Assembly: GCA_038128265.1 (NCBI GenBank)
Contig: JAYPJE010000017.1
Location: forward strand, 1 to 40,808
DNA length: 40,808 nucleotides
From: Gemmatimonadota bacterium
Lineage (GTDB): Bacteria > Latescibacterota > UBA2968 > UBA8231
Direction: 5' to 3'
Numbering within the stretch: the first letter of the stretch is position 1; each line of letters begins with the position of its first letter. Of the stretch, positions 28,180 to 38,228 are shown in pieces. Position numbers and translations under genes: made by a program. The notes below the pieces were generated by a model. That model was not told the origin of the DNA, searched no databases, and saw nothing but the letters and a program-made list of their open reading frames with translations.

Positions 28180-29004
28180 CTATTTCTCTCCGAAGTTCCA
28201 CAATTTTAACGCCGTTTTCCCCAGCACCCATTCCAGATCTTCCGGACTAAAAAACTTCATTTCGTCGCGCACAACCGAAAGCGTCTGCCCGTACTCGGCC
28301 TTGCTCAGCGACACCGGCCAGTCCGTTCCCCACGAAATGCGCTGGGCGCCAAAGGTCTGGTAGACATCCTGCACCAGATCGTGCGTATCGCTCCAAGGGT
28401 AGGGCTCCTGAGAAATGGACCACGTATGGCTGATTTTGACGTAGACGCGCGGGTAGCGCGCCATATCCAACAGCATACTGCGCCCCTCGGCATCGTCGGT
28501 ATGCACGTCGGCCATATGGTCGATAACGGTGTCTAAGTCGGGATATTTATCCAGAAGGCGCGCCAAGTCGGCTAGGCGCTTGGGACCGGTCAGAATGAGC
28601 ATGGGAATGCCCAGGTCCTGCGCGCGCGCAAAGATCGGGTCCATCGCCGAGCTGCTAAACCAATCATCGCTGGCATCGCGCGAGGGACTCAAGCGCACTC
28701 CGTGCAGACCGTGCTCCTCCGTCCACATGCTGACGTGGTCGGCTGCGGCCGGGTCCTCGGGATTGACGCGCCCTACCCCCATGAACTTGTCGGGATAGCG
28801 CTTGACAACATCGGCCACGTAGCTGTTGTCCCAGCGATAGTGAATGACCTGCACCAGCACGGTCTTTTCTACGCCGTGTGCGTTCATGAGCTCGAGCAAG
28901 TCTTCAGCCGTGCGATCCTCACTCGGAGGCTTGCTATTCTCAGCCGGCCAAGGAAATGCAGGGTCGTTTTTCCAGACGTGGACGTGGGGGTCAATTATGC
29001 GCAA
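28180..29004 (-). CDS. Amidohydrolase_2 family protein (sugar-lactonase-like)
   Basis: IDPHVHVW, VLVQ, GVRL, IDHMA, YVKIS, WGTDWP; TTG start. Confidence 0.88.
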   Translation of the reverse strand: MRIIDPHVHVWKNDPAFPWPAENSKPPSEDRTAEDLLELMNAHGVEKTVLVQVIHYRWDNSYVADVVKRYPDKFMGVGRVNPEDPAAADHVSMWTEEHGLHGVRLSPSRDASDDWFSSSAMDPIFARAQDLGIPMLILTGPKRLADLARLLDKYPDLDTVIDHMADVHTDDAEGRSMLLDMARYPRVYVKISHTWSISQEPYPWSDTHDLVQDVYQTFGAQRISWGTDWPVSLSKAEYGQTLSVVRDEMKFFSPEDLEWVLGKTALKLWNFGEK

Positions 29005-29057
29005 GGGAAACCTCTTTCTTCGCTGGTCGCGTACTCCATGTAGGGTTTGCGGTAAAA

Positions 29058-29086
29058 AAGGTGGAAAAGACGGTAAGCGGTGTCAA
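29058..29086 (-). promoter_or_regulatory. Putative sigma70-type promoter upstream of the amidohydrolase
   Basis: Minus strand TTGACA (29086-29081), 17-nt spacer, CACCTT (29063-29058). Confidence 0.5.
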
Positions 29087-29105
29087 TAAGCGCCGCGGCA
29101 CCTCC

Positions 29106-30944
29106 TCAGCGCATGTCTCGTATAAAGCGCGCCGCATAAGAGCGCACGTCCTTGCCGTTGAGCACGTGGAAGCGCCGAAGGCGATCCACCGTCGCCGCGG
29201 AAAAACGCTTGAGCGGCATATAGACGATGTGGCGTCCCATTTGGCGTGCCAGGCGGCGCCAGCGTAGCTGGGGAGGCGATGAGGCAACGAGAACGACTCT
29301 TTTTTCCCGCGAGTTCATCAGCGCGCCGGCCAGCAGGCGTTCTTCCAATGAAAGGGCAAAGTTCAACCGCTCGTCGCGCCAGATATCGACAATCGGGCGC
29401 GGAGGGAATAGGAACGAGCACCCGCCGTAGAGGGCCTGCCCGATACCCGGACCGACCATATTGTCGATAAAGGGCGTGGCAAAAAATGCCAGCGTCGATT
29501 CTTCGCCGTGCTCGGCGTACCAGGTGCTCTGCCAGGTATAGCGCTGCGGATCGGCCGGTGTATCAAAGAGAAAGACCACTACCTCGACGGTCCCGCGCAC
29601 GGCCGGCCATTCGCGCACGTAGAGATCGCCGGTGTGCCAGTTGCGCAGCGTCTCGCGCAGGTCGAGTCCGTCTTTGAGCGAAGAGCTGAACTTTTCGACC
29701 CGGGCTTGATCTTCGCCCAGCAGGATGCGCGCCTGTTCGCGCACGTGCTGCTGAAAGCGCTCAATACGCAGGTCTTCGGGCGGATAAGAACACTGGCCAT
29801 AGGGGTCCCACTGCTGGCTCCACTGGCGTTTTTGCGGAGGCGGCGGGTTGGGCTTGAGGGGCAGACTCCGCCAAATGCGCGGCACGCCCTGTAGTCGATT
29901 TTTGGCCCTATGCGGAACCCCCTCCTCGTCTACGATGCGCCCGATCCCCATGCTCAGCGCATCTCCTTCCACTCCCATGCGCTGAGGCGGATAGTCGCAG
30001 GCCACCTCGAGCAGGGACAGCGCAAAGTCGTCTCCGCCGATCTGTTTGGCAGCCAGCATCAGGTTGTACAGGTCGGGCGTCAGGCGGCTGTCGAGCAGGG
30101 TCAGATTGCGCACATACTTGAGCAACAGGCCCATTTGCTGTGGTCCGAGCCAGTGGTTGTCACTCAGCTCCTGCGCCGCCGCCCATGCATCGCGCGCCTC
30201 AATAAGCAGAAGTTTTATCCCATCGACTGCCAGCGTGGCATCGGCGACCATTTCGGCACGCCGATGCTCGTACATGTGGGTCAGGTACGGAAGTTCTCCC
30301 AGCATGAAATAGAGACTGTCAGCCGCTACGCGCCGGCGCTCGGGCAAACTTCCCCCGCGCTGGTGCTGGACGTAGTCGGCACGCTGTTGGTACGCCTGGC
30401 GTATCCACGGCCAGTCCGTCGCCGAACAGACAAAGACAATGCGCTCGTACTCCATTTCAAGGCAGTGCAGTTCGTAGGCCATACGGCGGATGCGCTTCTG
30501 CTGTTGCCCCCCATCGGAGGGCGGAGGCAGCGCCGGCAGGAGTGCGGCGAGAAAGCGCTCAAAGACGACATCTTTCAGCGCATAGGGGTCGGGCAAGACC
30601 AGACCCTGCTCTTCGTACGCCTCGACTTCCAAATCGACGAACGCGCGATCGGCACCCAGGTCAAAGGCCGTACGCAGCGCGGCGATGATGCCCTGGCATG
30701 GGTCAATGGGCACAAAGCTGTAGTCGCCTTCCAGCGTCACCTCGCGCTGTAGGGCAACCGAAATAATCGGCAACTGCTCCACGCCGCGCTCTACGGCATC
30801 GGCAAAGGAGGGCGGCAGCGCCACGGCGACGCAGTCGGGCCTAAGGGAGAGCAACCGCCGGCGCACCTCAATGGCAAAATCGCCGCTGCCGTAGAGTATG
30901 GGCAGTACCGCCAGGCGCTCGCTCAGGTCTAAAACGGGGTTCAT
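29106..30944 (-). CDS. Hypothetical 612-aa protein, putative partner of the AAA+ ATPase
   Basis: Long ORF with ATGA overlap to the AAA gene; TraB/YehM-like N-terminal pattern and a GLDLRETLR motif. Confidence 0.85.
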   Translation of the reverse strand: MNPVLDLSERLAVLPILYGSGDFAIEVRRRLLSLRPDCVAVALPPSFADAVERGVEQLPIISVALQREVTLEGDYSFVPIDPCQGIIAALRTAFDLGADRAFVDLEVEAYEEQGLVLPDPYALKDVVFERFLAALLPALPPPSDGGQQQKRIRRMAYELHCLEMEYERIVFVCSATDWPWIRQAYQQRADYVQHQRGGSLPERRRVAADSLYFMLGELPYLTHMYEHRRAEMVADATLAVDGIKLLLIEARDAWAAAQELSDNHWLGPQQMGLLLKYVRNLTLLDSRLTPDLYNLMLAAKQIGGDDFALSLLEVACDYPPQRMGVEGDALSMGIGRIVDEEGVPHRAKNRLQGVPRIWRSLPLKPNPPPPQKRQWSQQWDPYGQCSYPPEDLRIERFQQHVREQARILLGEDQARVEKFSSSLKDGLDLRETLRNWHTGDLYVREWPAVRGTVEVVVFLFDTPADPQRYTWQSTWYAEHGEESTLAFFATPFIDNMVGPGIGQALYGGCSFLFPPRPIVDIWRDERLNFALSLEERLLAGALMNSREKRVVLVASSPPQLRWRRLARQMGRHIVYMPLKRFSAATVDRLRRFHVLNGKDVRSYAARFIRDMR

Positions 30945-31897
30945 GCCGAAGGCGTATCGTCGTCTCGGCCCGGGTGCAGGGGGTCGTCCTCGTCAAAAAA
31001 GAAGTCCTGCAGATCCATGGCCGGCAGCGCCTCCCCCAGCGAGCGGTTGCGAGCGGCTGCCAGGCGGTCGAGGTCGATCGCATCGGGCCCCAGCACGCGC
31101 TCCAGCGCCTCGGCCCAGACCAGATCAACAGAGAGCGGATGGTCCTTTTGCTGGGCTAAGCGCTTGAGCGCATAGCGCACGATGTGAATGCCGTCGCGCG
31201 GCGAGAAATCCAGATCGAGCCGATGCGCGCGCTGGAGAAATTCGACGGTGATCTCTAGCAGCTGCTCTTCGGCAAACGGCAGGTGGTAGCGGAGAATTTC
31301 CATCTCGTCCTGGCGGCTGGGGAAGCCGACATCCAGCGTCGGCTGCAGACGCGACAGAATGTAGTCGGGCACTTCGTAGGTCGACTCGTCGTCGTTCATC
31401 GTCACGCAGCAGCGGAAATCGGCGTGCGCCTCAATAGATATACCGGCGATAATCGACTCGACGTAGCGGCGGTTGTCCAGCAGCGGAGCCAGCGATGCCC
31501 AGCTCTTTTCGTTCATGCGGTTGCCCTCGTCGAGGACGCAAATCCCCCCCACGAGCATGGCCGTCACCAGCGGCGAGGCGTGGTAGGCAATCCGGCCCGA
31601 CTCGGCCAGCACCGGCGTAACGAGCAAATCTTCTGGGCGCGTATCGCTGGTGCACTGGAAGATATAGAGGGGCTGCTGGCGCTGGCGGGCTGCGGCCATG
31701 GCCAGCGTGGTCTTGCCAATGCCGGGCGGACCGACCAAGCGCGGCGAGAGCGGCAGATCCTTTTCGTCGAGCACCATCCAGCAGGCCATTAACTCGCGGA
31801 TTGTCTCTCCCTGACCGATCCACTGTTGCTCGCCGCCGATAGGCGATCCGAGGATGAGCTCAACGCCTCCTACGTCTACTGTTTCACTACGGGCCAT
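30941..31897 (-). CDS. MoxR/CbbQ/YehL-type AAA+ ATPase
   Basis: Walker A GPPGIGKT, Walker B VLDEGNR, sensor-1 TMN, Arg finger LSRL, sensor-2 SPRD; acidic C-terminal tail. Confidence 0.92.
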   Translation of the reverse strand: MARSETVDVGGVELILGSPIGGEQQWIGQGETIRELMACWMVLDEKDLPLSPRLVGPPGIGKTTLAMAAARQRQQPLYIFQCTSDTRPEDLLVTPVLAESGRIAYHASPLVTAMLVGGICVLDEGNRMNEKSWASLAPLLDNRRYVESIIAGISIEAHADFRCCVTMNDDESTYEVPDYILSRLQPTLDVGFPSRQDEMEILRYHLPFAEEQLLEITVEFLQRAHRLDLDFSPRDGIHIVRYALKRLAQQKDHPLSVDLVWAEALERVLGPDAIDLDRLAAARNRSLGEALPAMDLQDFFFDEDDPLHPGRDDDTPSA

Positions 31898-31969
31898 TTG
31901 TCGACTGTACTCCCTTGCCACGCACGCGCGCTCTTTGTAGTTTCCCGAATCCCCACGGAGAGAGGACCC

Positions 31970-33376
31970 ATGTCACACACGGCCCATTTCGACCTGATCA
32001 CCTATGGCGGCATTTGCGCCGGCCAACAGTGGATTTGCGATGGCGACCAACCCATCGCCCGGCTACAGGACGCCGTCGTCGAGCAGCCGGAGCAAAACTT
32101 ACGCTATTTCAACACGATCCTCAAGCCGGTTGAGCTGCGCGAAATCCGCCTCGCACCCAATCAGCGACCGCTAGTAGCCGGCGTGCAGCTCTACTGGAAA
32201 ATGGGCGCCGTCGCCACGACCCAGCTGCACTCCATCCAGGTGCATGGACGCGGCTCTGAGCGCCTGCAGATCGAAGTGGTCACGCGCGAACCCAACGGCA
32301 TTGCCACGTCGCGCCGAGTTGTCTCGATTTCCTATGATGCCGACGCGCAATCCTACATATACAGTATGGAAGCCCATCTGGACATTCACAGTCCCGAGTT
32401 TTTCGATGCACCCAACGCGGGCGATTCGTGGCGCTTTGAGTACTGCGATCCGTGGTACTGCGATCTGCCGGCTCCCATTGTTCCTTTCCCGGGCATGTGG
32501 CAAACGCGGCATACGCGCCTGCTGGCCGAAGCGGCCGACGGCGTGTGGCAAATGCCCCTCAACCACATGGCAACGAGCATTCCCAGCCCGCAGTCCTTTG
32601 CTACCGACGGCCGCTTAGTCTTAGTGGACGACCCCGGCCACAACCCGGCCTTTGCCTTTTTGGGTGACACGGCTCAGCGCACCTCGATCGGCGTCTGCAA
32701 CTGGGGCTACGACGTCCACTTTGTAGCACGCTACGGGCGCGACGAACTCTACGAGCCTATCTGCGAGCACTTTCGCCTGCAGCTGTGTCCCGACGAGACC
32801 GTGGACGCGCTCAAGACCGCTGCCGCACCGGCCCCGCGCGTCGAGTACGAAGGCCACGCCGAGCTGCCCGTATACGAGCGCAACACCAGCTTTGCGCGCG
32901 GGCTCAACCTCAGCGAACCCAGCCCGCTGCCCACCGACCCTTGGCCATGGCTTCCCGCCGGCGAAGGATGCTCCTGGTGCAAGAGCTACGGCCGCAGCGA
33001 CGACTTTTCGCTGCAAATTACGCGACAAACAGACGGGGCCAGTGAGTGGACGATGAACCGCGAGGGCGATGGCGCATGGACCGAGCGCTGGACGGCCGCT
33101 ACGGGCTTCCGCGTAAGCGCCTTTATTGCCACCCGCGACCTGAGCGGCCGCGGCGCCTGTTTGGCCGTGCGCTGGGCCATTTACAACGAACCCGAGCGAC
33201 ACCCCTATATCTGCTCGGAGAAGATTGCCGGCACCAGCGAGTGGACGCGCGTGAGCGTCGAGATTCACGGCCCGCCCCCACCCGACTCCTCTTCCATCTG
33301 CATCGCCCTGCGCCAGGATGGCCGCGGCACGACGCACTTTGACGACGTTGAAGTTGAACTGCTACAAGGAGCATAA
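31970..33376 (+). CDS. Hypothetical protein with C-terminal CBM/jelly-roll-like domain
   Basis: GAGG RBS; C-terminus [12 protein letters not shown]...[10 protein letters not shown] resembles CBM4/9-like modules; no signal peptide. Confidence 0.75.
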   Translation: MSHTAHFDLITYGGICAGQQWICDGDQPIARLQDAVVEQPEQNLRYFNTILKPVELREIRLAPNQRPLVAGVQLYWKMGAVATTQLHSIQVHGRGSERLQIEVVTREPNGIATSRRVVSISYDADAQSYIYSMEAHLDIHSPEFFDAPNAGDSWRFEYCDPWYCDLPAPIVPFPGMWQTRHTRLLAEAADGVWQMPLNHMATSIPSPQSFATDGRLVLVDDPGHNPAFAFLGDTAQRTSIGVCNWGYDVHFVARYGRDELYEPICEHFRLQLCPDETVDALKTAAAPAPRVEYEGHAELPVYERNTSFARGLNLSEPSPLPTDPWPWLPAGEGCSWCKSYGRSDDFSLQITRQTDGASEWTMNREGDGAWTERWTAATGFRVSAFIATRDLSGRGACLAVRWAIYNEPERHPYICSEKIAGTSEWTRVSVEIHGPPPPDSSSICIALRQDGRGTTHFDDVEVELLQGA

Positions 33377-33379
33377 CGC

Positions 33380-34951
33380 GTGAGCGACTACGATCTAATC
33401 ATCTCCAACGGCACGCTCATAGACGGAGCGCGCACCCCGCGCTCGCAGGGCGATATCGGCATCCGCGGCGATCGCATCGCCGCCCTCGGCGATCTGAGCG
33501 GAGCGGATGCGGCGCAGCGCATTGACGCGGCGGGAAAGTCCGTGGCCCCGGGCTTTGTCGACGTGCACAACCACTCGGACGGCTGGCTGCGCAAAATTGC
33601 CAACTTCACGCCCAAGACCCTGCAGGGCTTCACCAGCGAAGTCATTATGGCCGACGGCATTTCCTACGCGCCCGTTGACGCGCGCACCTGGCCGCACTGG
33701 ATCTACTATATGCGCGCGCTCAACGGGCTTCAGCTGGCCGATTACGACGGCTGGGAAAGCCTGGAAGACTACATGCGCGGGCTCGACGGAACCACCTGCC
33801 AGAATACCATCACCCACCTGCCCTACGCCCACTTGCGCACCATGGCCATGGGCTGGGGGCGCGCCGTGCCCGACGACGTGCAGATGGGCGAAATCCTCGC
33901 CGGCGTCGAGCGCGGTATGGCCGAGGGCGCCGTGGGCCTCTCGACCGGGCTCGATTATATATCCGAATGCTTTTCTACCACAGACGAGCTAGTCGAAGCC
34001 TGCGCGGCCATGGCGCCGCAGCAGGGCCTTTACGTGACGCACGTGCGCTACAAAAAAGGCACGCTGGAAGCCGTCAAAGAAGCCGTTGAAATTGGCCGAC
34101 GCGCCGGCGTGCCGGTGCACATTTCGCACTTCAAGGGCACGACTCCCCAACAAATTGACGAATTGCTGCACTACGTCGACGAGGTGGCCGTCCACGAAGT
34201 CGACTTCTCCTTTGACGTCTATCCCTACTTGCCCGGCTCGACTATGCTCAACTACATGCTGCCCTACGAAGTGTGGGAAGACGGTCCGCTCGGGGTCATT
34301 TCCAAACTGGCCGACCCCGCCGTGCGCGGGCGCTTTGCCCGGGTAATCGAGCGCTACGAGGTCGATCTCGACCGCATCTATATTGCCTGGCTACCAGGAC
34401 GCGACAACGCCCGCTTTATTGGGCAATCGCTCGGTTCGTATGTGGGTGAAATGGGCAAAGAGCCGGTGGACGCGCTGTGCGATCTGCTCATCGATGAAAA
34501 CCTCGCCGTCCTACTCGTATTTCACCACGGCGACGATTCGCTGGTGCACCCATTCTTAGCGCACGACAAATACATGATGGGCACCGACGGCATTTACTTT
34601 CCCGACGGCGCCGTGCACCCGCGTCTCTACGGTTCGGCCGGGCGCCTGCTCGGCCCCTGCGTGCGCGACCACGAGCTGTTTTCACTGGAAGACGCCGTCT
34701 ACAAGCTCAGCGGCTACCCCGCCCAGCGCTTTGGTTTGAAGGAACGCGGTCTGCTCAAGGAGGGCTATTTTGCCGATCTGGTCGTCTTTGACGAGGCGAC
34801 GGTGCAAGACAGAGCCACCTACACCGACCCGCACCAGTTCTGCGAGGGGTTCGAGCACGTCGTCGTCAACGGCGTGCCGATTATTTTAGCGGGTAAAGAA
34901 GTCGAACTAACGGGAACACTGCCAGGCCGCAGCCTGCGCTTTAAGGAGTGA
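33380..34951 (+). CDS. N-acyl-D-amino-acid deacylase (D-aminoacylase) family amidohydrolase
   Basis: APGFVDVHNHSD, GAVGLSTGLDY, THVR, HISHFK, GTDG, HPRLYG, ADLVVFD. Confidence 0.92.
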   Translation: MSDYDLIISNGTLIDGARTPRSQGDIGIRGDRIAALGDLSGADAAQRIDAAGKSVAPGFVDVHNHSDGWLRKIANFTPKTLQGFTSEVIMADGISYAPVDARTWPHWIYYMRALNGLQLADYDGWESLEDYMRGLDGTTCQNTITHLPYAHLRTMAMGWGRAVPDDVQMGEILAGVERGMAEGAVGLSTGLDYISECFSTTDELVEACAAMAPQQGLYVTHVRYKKGTLEAVKEAVEIGRRAGVPVHISHFKGTTPQQIDELLHYVDEVAVHEVDFSFDVYPYLPGSTMLNYMLPYEVWEDGPLGVISKLADPAVRGRFARVIERYEVDLDRIYIAWLPGRDNARFIGQSLGSYVGEMGKEPVDALCDLLIDENLAVLLVFHHGDDSLVHPFLAHDKYMMGTDGIYFPDGAVHPRLYGSAGRLLGPCVRDHELFSLEDAVYKLSGYPAQRFGLKERGLLKEGYFADLVVFDEATVQDRATYTDPHQFCEGFEHVVVNGVPIILAGKEVELTGTLPGRSLRFKE

Positions 34952-34960
34952 GGAGCGCGC

Positions 34961-35302
34961 TTAATAGCTTTCGGTCGGACCACCGTTCCAGCACTCCATG
35001 CGTTCGCCCTTCGGGCTCAGCAGCACGGCCGAGCGCTCGGCCAGCTCTACGTAGACGCGCCGGCTGACATACATCCAGCACCACGAACAGGTCTGCTTGG
35101 GGCCGAGCAGGTAGACCGAATCATCGGTCAGGCGCACGAGCAGGTTTCCGTCGGCGAAGCGGCGCATCAGCGTGGCTTCAACAAACTGCCCCTCGTTCAG
35201 CAAAATCCGCGCGGCCGGGCTTGGCTCATCAAAGGTTTTTTGCTGCAGGACGGCACAGCCCGACAGCAAGGTCCACAGCGCGATACCGAACGTCCTTTTC
35301 AA
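34961..35302 (-). CDS. Hypothetical small lipoprotein
   Basis: MKR plus hydrophobic stretch and lipobox LSG-C; TTGA overlap with the CoA-transferase stop. Confidence 0.65.
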   Translation of the reverse strand: MKRTFGIALWTLLSGCAVLQQKTFDEPSPAARILLNEGQFVEATLMRRFADGNLLVRLTDDSVYLLGPKQTCSWCWMYVSRRVYVELAERSAVLLSPKGERMECWNGGPTESY

Positions 35303-36486
35303 AGAACGCCCTCGGCACGCAGCGACTGCAGCTCGTCCTCACCCAGGTCCAACCACCCGCGCAGCACCTCATCGGTATGCTGCCCCAGCAGCGGCGCGGG
35401 CTGGCGCAGCTCAACCGGCGTCTGGGAAAATTTGAGCGGCGAATTGGGCATTTTCTGCGCGCCGGCCGCAGGGTGCTGCAGTTCGACAATCATCTGCCGA
35501 GCAGCAACCTGCTCGTCGGCGCAGACGTCGGCTACGTCGTGAATGGGACCACAGGGAATGCCGGCGGCTCCGAGAGCCTCGCACCAGTCGGCGACGCTCC
35601 TTTCGGCAAAAGAGGCCTGCAGCAGCGGCTCTAGTTCGGCGTGGTGTTGGCTACGCGCGGCATTGTCGGCGAAGCGCGCATCGTCGATGAGCTCTTCCCG
35701 ACCCAGTGCGCCGCACAGCTTGCGCCACAAGCCATCATTGCCGGCGGCAATGACGACGTGGCCATCGGATGCCTCAAAAAACTGGAAGGGCGTAATCGTC
35801 GGATGGCGCGAGCCCAGCGGCTGCGGCACGTCGCCGTTTACGTAGTAGCGAGCAATGGCATTTTCGAGCAGGGCCACCTGACAGTCGAGCATCGATATAT
35901 CGACCTGCTGTCCCTTACCCGTTTCCTTAGCCCGCCCCCAAGCGGCTAGAATCCCCACTACGCCAAAGAGCGCGGCGCTCAAATCGGCCACCGACGAACC
36001 CACCCGCACCGGCGCTCCACCGGGCTGTCCCGTTATGCTGGCGATGCCACCCATAGCCTGGATAATCACGTCGTAGGCCGGGCGCTGTGCGTAGGGACCG
36101 GTCTGGCCAAAGCCCGAAATCGAAGCATATACCAGCCGGGGGTTTTCGCGCTGCACGCGCTCATAGTCGAGCCCAAAACGCGCCATGCTGCCCGGGCGAA
36201 AGTTTTCTATGAGCACGTCGCATTCGCGCAGCAGGCGCCGGACCAACTGCCCGCCCGCTTCGGTGCGCAGGTCGATTGTCACGCTCTTTTTGCCGCGATT
36301 TACGCTGGCGAAGTAGGCGCTTTCGCCGTTTTGAAAGGGACCAAATCCACGCGACTCATCGCCCGTACCGGGCAATTCTATCTTGAGGACTTCAGCGCCT
36401 AGGTCGGCCAGTACCATCGACGCGTAGGGACCGGCCAGCACCCGCGTCAGGTCCAGCACCTTCATGCCCTGCAGCAGGTCTTTCAC
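35299..36486 (-). CDS. Class III CoA-transferase (CaiB/BaiF family)
   Basis: VLDLTRVLAGP, NRGKKS, ENFRPG, SGFGQTGPY, catalytic D in VADL, APLLGQHT. Confidence 0.95.
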   Translation of the reverse strand: MKDLLQGMKVLDLTRVLAGPYASMVLADLGAEVLKIELPGTGDESRGFGPFQNGESAYFASVNRGKKSVTIDLRTEAGGQLVRRLLRECDVLIENFRPGSMARFGLDYERVQRENPRLVYASISGFGQTGPYAQRPAYDVIIQAMGGIASITGQPGGAPVRVGSSVADLSAALFGVVGILAAWGRAKETGKGQQVDISMLDCQVALLENAIARYYVNGDVPQPLGSRHPTITPFQFFEASDGHVVIAAGNDGLWRKLCGALGREELIDDARFADNAARSQHHAELEPLLQASFAERSVADWCEALGAAGIPCGPIHDVADVCADEQVAARQMIVELQHPAAGAQKMPNSPLKFSQTPVELRQPAPLLGQHTDEVLRGWLDLGEDELQSLRAEGVL

Positions 36487-36488
36487 CC

Positions 36489-38201
36489 TTAGCTCTCCGG
36501 AAGGGACACCAGACCAGCGCCCTCGCCCGGCACCGCTACGCAGCGCTCCAGCGGGCTATCGATCCCCAACTCCTCGGCGAGAAAGCGCTCAAAATGGACG
36601 CGCTGAGGACCGTAGATATAGTCGCGGTGAATCAATCCACCCATATTGCCTCCCCACCCGGCGCCCAGGCGCTGCAGCGAGCCGGCGAGCAACCCGCCCG
36701 TCTCGATGAGGTATTCGTTGACGCGACGCACGGCCAGATCGTATTCAGGCGTCATGCGCCCGTAGCCGCCCGGTAGAAAACACAGCCGTCCGCGCTCGTC
36801 GCCCTCGTCGACACTGCGGCTCAGCCTGTCCAACTCGTCCACTTCCACTTCGCGGTCAAAATCCCCCAGGTGCGAAATCCGCGCCAGCTCCAACGCCGTG
36901 GCCATATCGCCCCGTTCCAGGTAGTCTAGCACGTAGCGCACGCGGTCCTGCTCGGCCAGACCAAAGGCAAAGCGGCGACGCAGGTAGATCGGCGAATCGT
37001 CGGTTAGGGCCTGAAACTTGCCCTCGATTTCGCGCGCGTACATTTCCGCAAAAGCGTCGCCTTTCCCCTGGCTATCCGCCTGATCGGCCATGGTGCGCAG
37101 CGAGGTCACGGCCGGCAGCGCACGCAGCAGCTGGTAGATTGCCTGGGGGCCAATATGCAACGTTTCTTCGGATATATCGCGAATCATTTCAATGCGCGCG
37201 CGCCAGTCTGGGGGCATACTGGCAAAGGGACCCGCTCCCGCCAGTTCGGGCAGCAGCAGGTCGCGCACGACAAATGTGCCCAGCGGATAGGCGACGACGG
37301 TTTCCTCTTTGACCGCATCGTCGTATACGCGCGGCACCCCGGTGTCCAGAACCAGCGCAACGTATTCCTCTGGCAGCGTAGCCGAGCCGGTCGCCACGGC
37401 GGGAAAGACGCCAACCCCAACCAGCTGGCCGCTGCGCCCCATTACCATACCCCCGTGATCGGCCGTGCCCCCGCGCGTGCCGCGAATCCACTCGGAGGTG
37501 CCGACACCGTCAACCAAATCGGACTCGGGCAGATCGACGCGCGGCTGCAGGTCGTTGGCACCGAGCGCAGCGCAGGCCGTCGATATAACTATGGCCGATG
37601 ACGAGGACATACCGCCACTGGGGGAGACATTGCTCCAGACGACGGCATCCATGCCGCAAAAGGCCTGGCGGGCGCGAAAATAGCTCTCTAGGTAGACCAG
37701 CTGCCCTCCTACTAACACGGACCAGTGGTTGTCCTGTGCGCTGCCCTTCTCTTCTAAGCGCTGCTGACATATGCGCCCGGCGTAGCGCATAAAGTCCGCG
37801 CGCGTGCCGACGTTTTCGCTCGGCACGATGTCGCTCAGCGCGAGCGTAAAGGGCTCAAAGCGATCGGCCCGTTCGCCCGGATATTCGATGTGACTGCGCA
37901 GGCGCACGACGCCGTCGTCGTTGGCCCGGGCGACTGTCAGCGTATCGGAACCGCGCACCGCCAGCCGCACAGACGGCATGCCGCCGTAGTCAATGTGCAT
38001 GCCCATTAGATTCATCTGACCGGGGCATCGCGCAATTACAACCTCGCCTTCCGTCCCGTAGGATTCGGCAAAGAGGGCCAGTGCCTGCGCGTAGTGACGC
38101 TTCCACTCACCGATCGCCTCTCCGCCGTAGACCTGTCCGAGGAACGCGTCGAGCTGCCCCTCGTCCAGTGCCTGCTGCCATCGGCTCAGACGAGCTTTCA
38201 T
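36489..38201 (-). CDS. Divergent GHMP kinase (galactokinase-like)
   Basis: Motif I PGQMNLMGMHIDY, motif II SPSGGMSSSSA, GTRGGTADH, motif III RLGAGWGG; 570 aa. Confidence 0.82.
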   Translation of the reverse strand: MKARLSRWQQALDEGQLDAFLGQVYGGEAIGEWKRHYAQALALFAESYGTEGEVVIARCPGQMNLMGMHIDYGGMPSVRLAVRGSDTLTVARANDDGVVRLRSHIEYPGERADRFEPFTLALSDIVPSENVGTRADFMRYAGRICQQRLEEKGSAQDNHWSVLVGGQLVYLESYFRARQAFCGMDAVVWSNVSPSGGMSSSSAIVISTACAALGANDLQPRVDLPESDLVDGVGTSEWIRGTRGGTADHGGMVMGRSGQLVGVGVFPAVATGSATLPEEYVALVLDTGVPRVYDDAVKEETVVAYPLGTFVVRDLLLPELAGAGPFASMPPDWRARIEMIRDISEETLHIGPQAIYQLLRALPAVTSLRTMADQADSQGKGDAFAEMYAREIEGKFQALTDDSPIYLRRRFAFGLAEQDRVRYVLDYLERGDMATALELARISHLGDFDREVEVDELDRLSRSVDEGDERGRLCFLPGGYGRMTPEYDLAVRRVNEYLIETGGLLAGSLQRLGAGWGGNMGGLIHRDYIYGPQRVHFERFLAEELGIDSPLERCVAVPGEGAGLVSLPES

Positions 38202-38228
38202 ATCGTACCTCCGCGCTGCGAACCGACC

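Noticed and set aside
29910..30752. 280-aa antisense ORF opposite the 612-aa gene
   Set aside because: Antisense shadow; the minus-strand ORF is longer and coupled to the AAA gene.
29106..31897. AAA+ pair as a McrBC-like or other anti-phage defence system
   Set aside because: No PD-(D/E)xK or other nuclease motif recognised in the partner, no McrB NxxD signature context, and no defence-island or mobile context.
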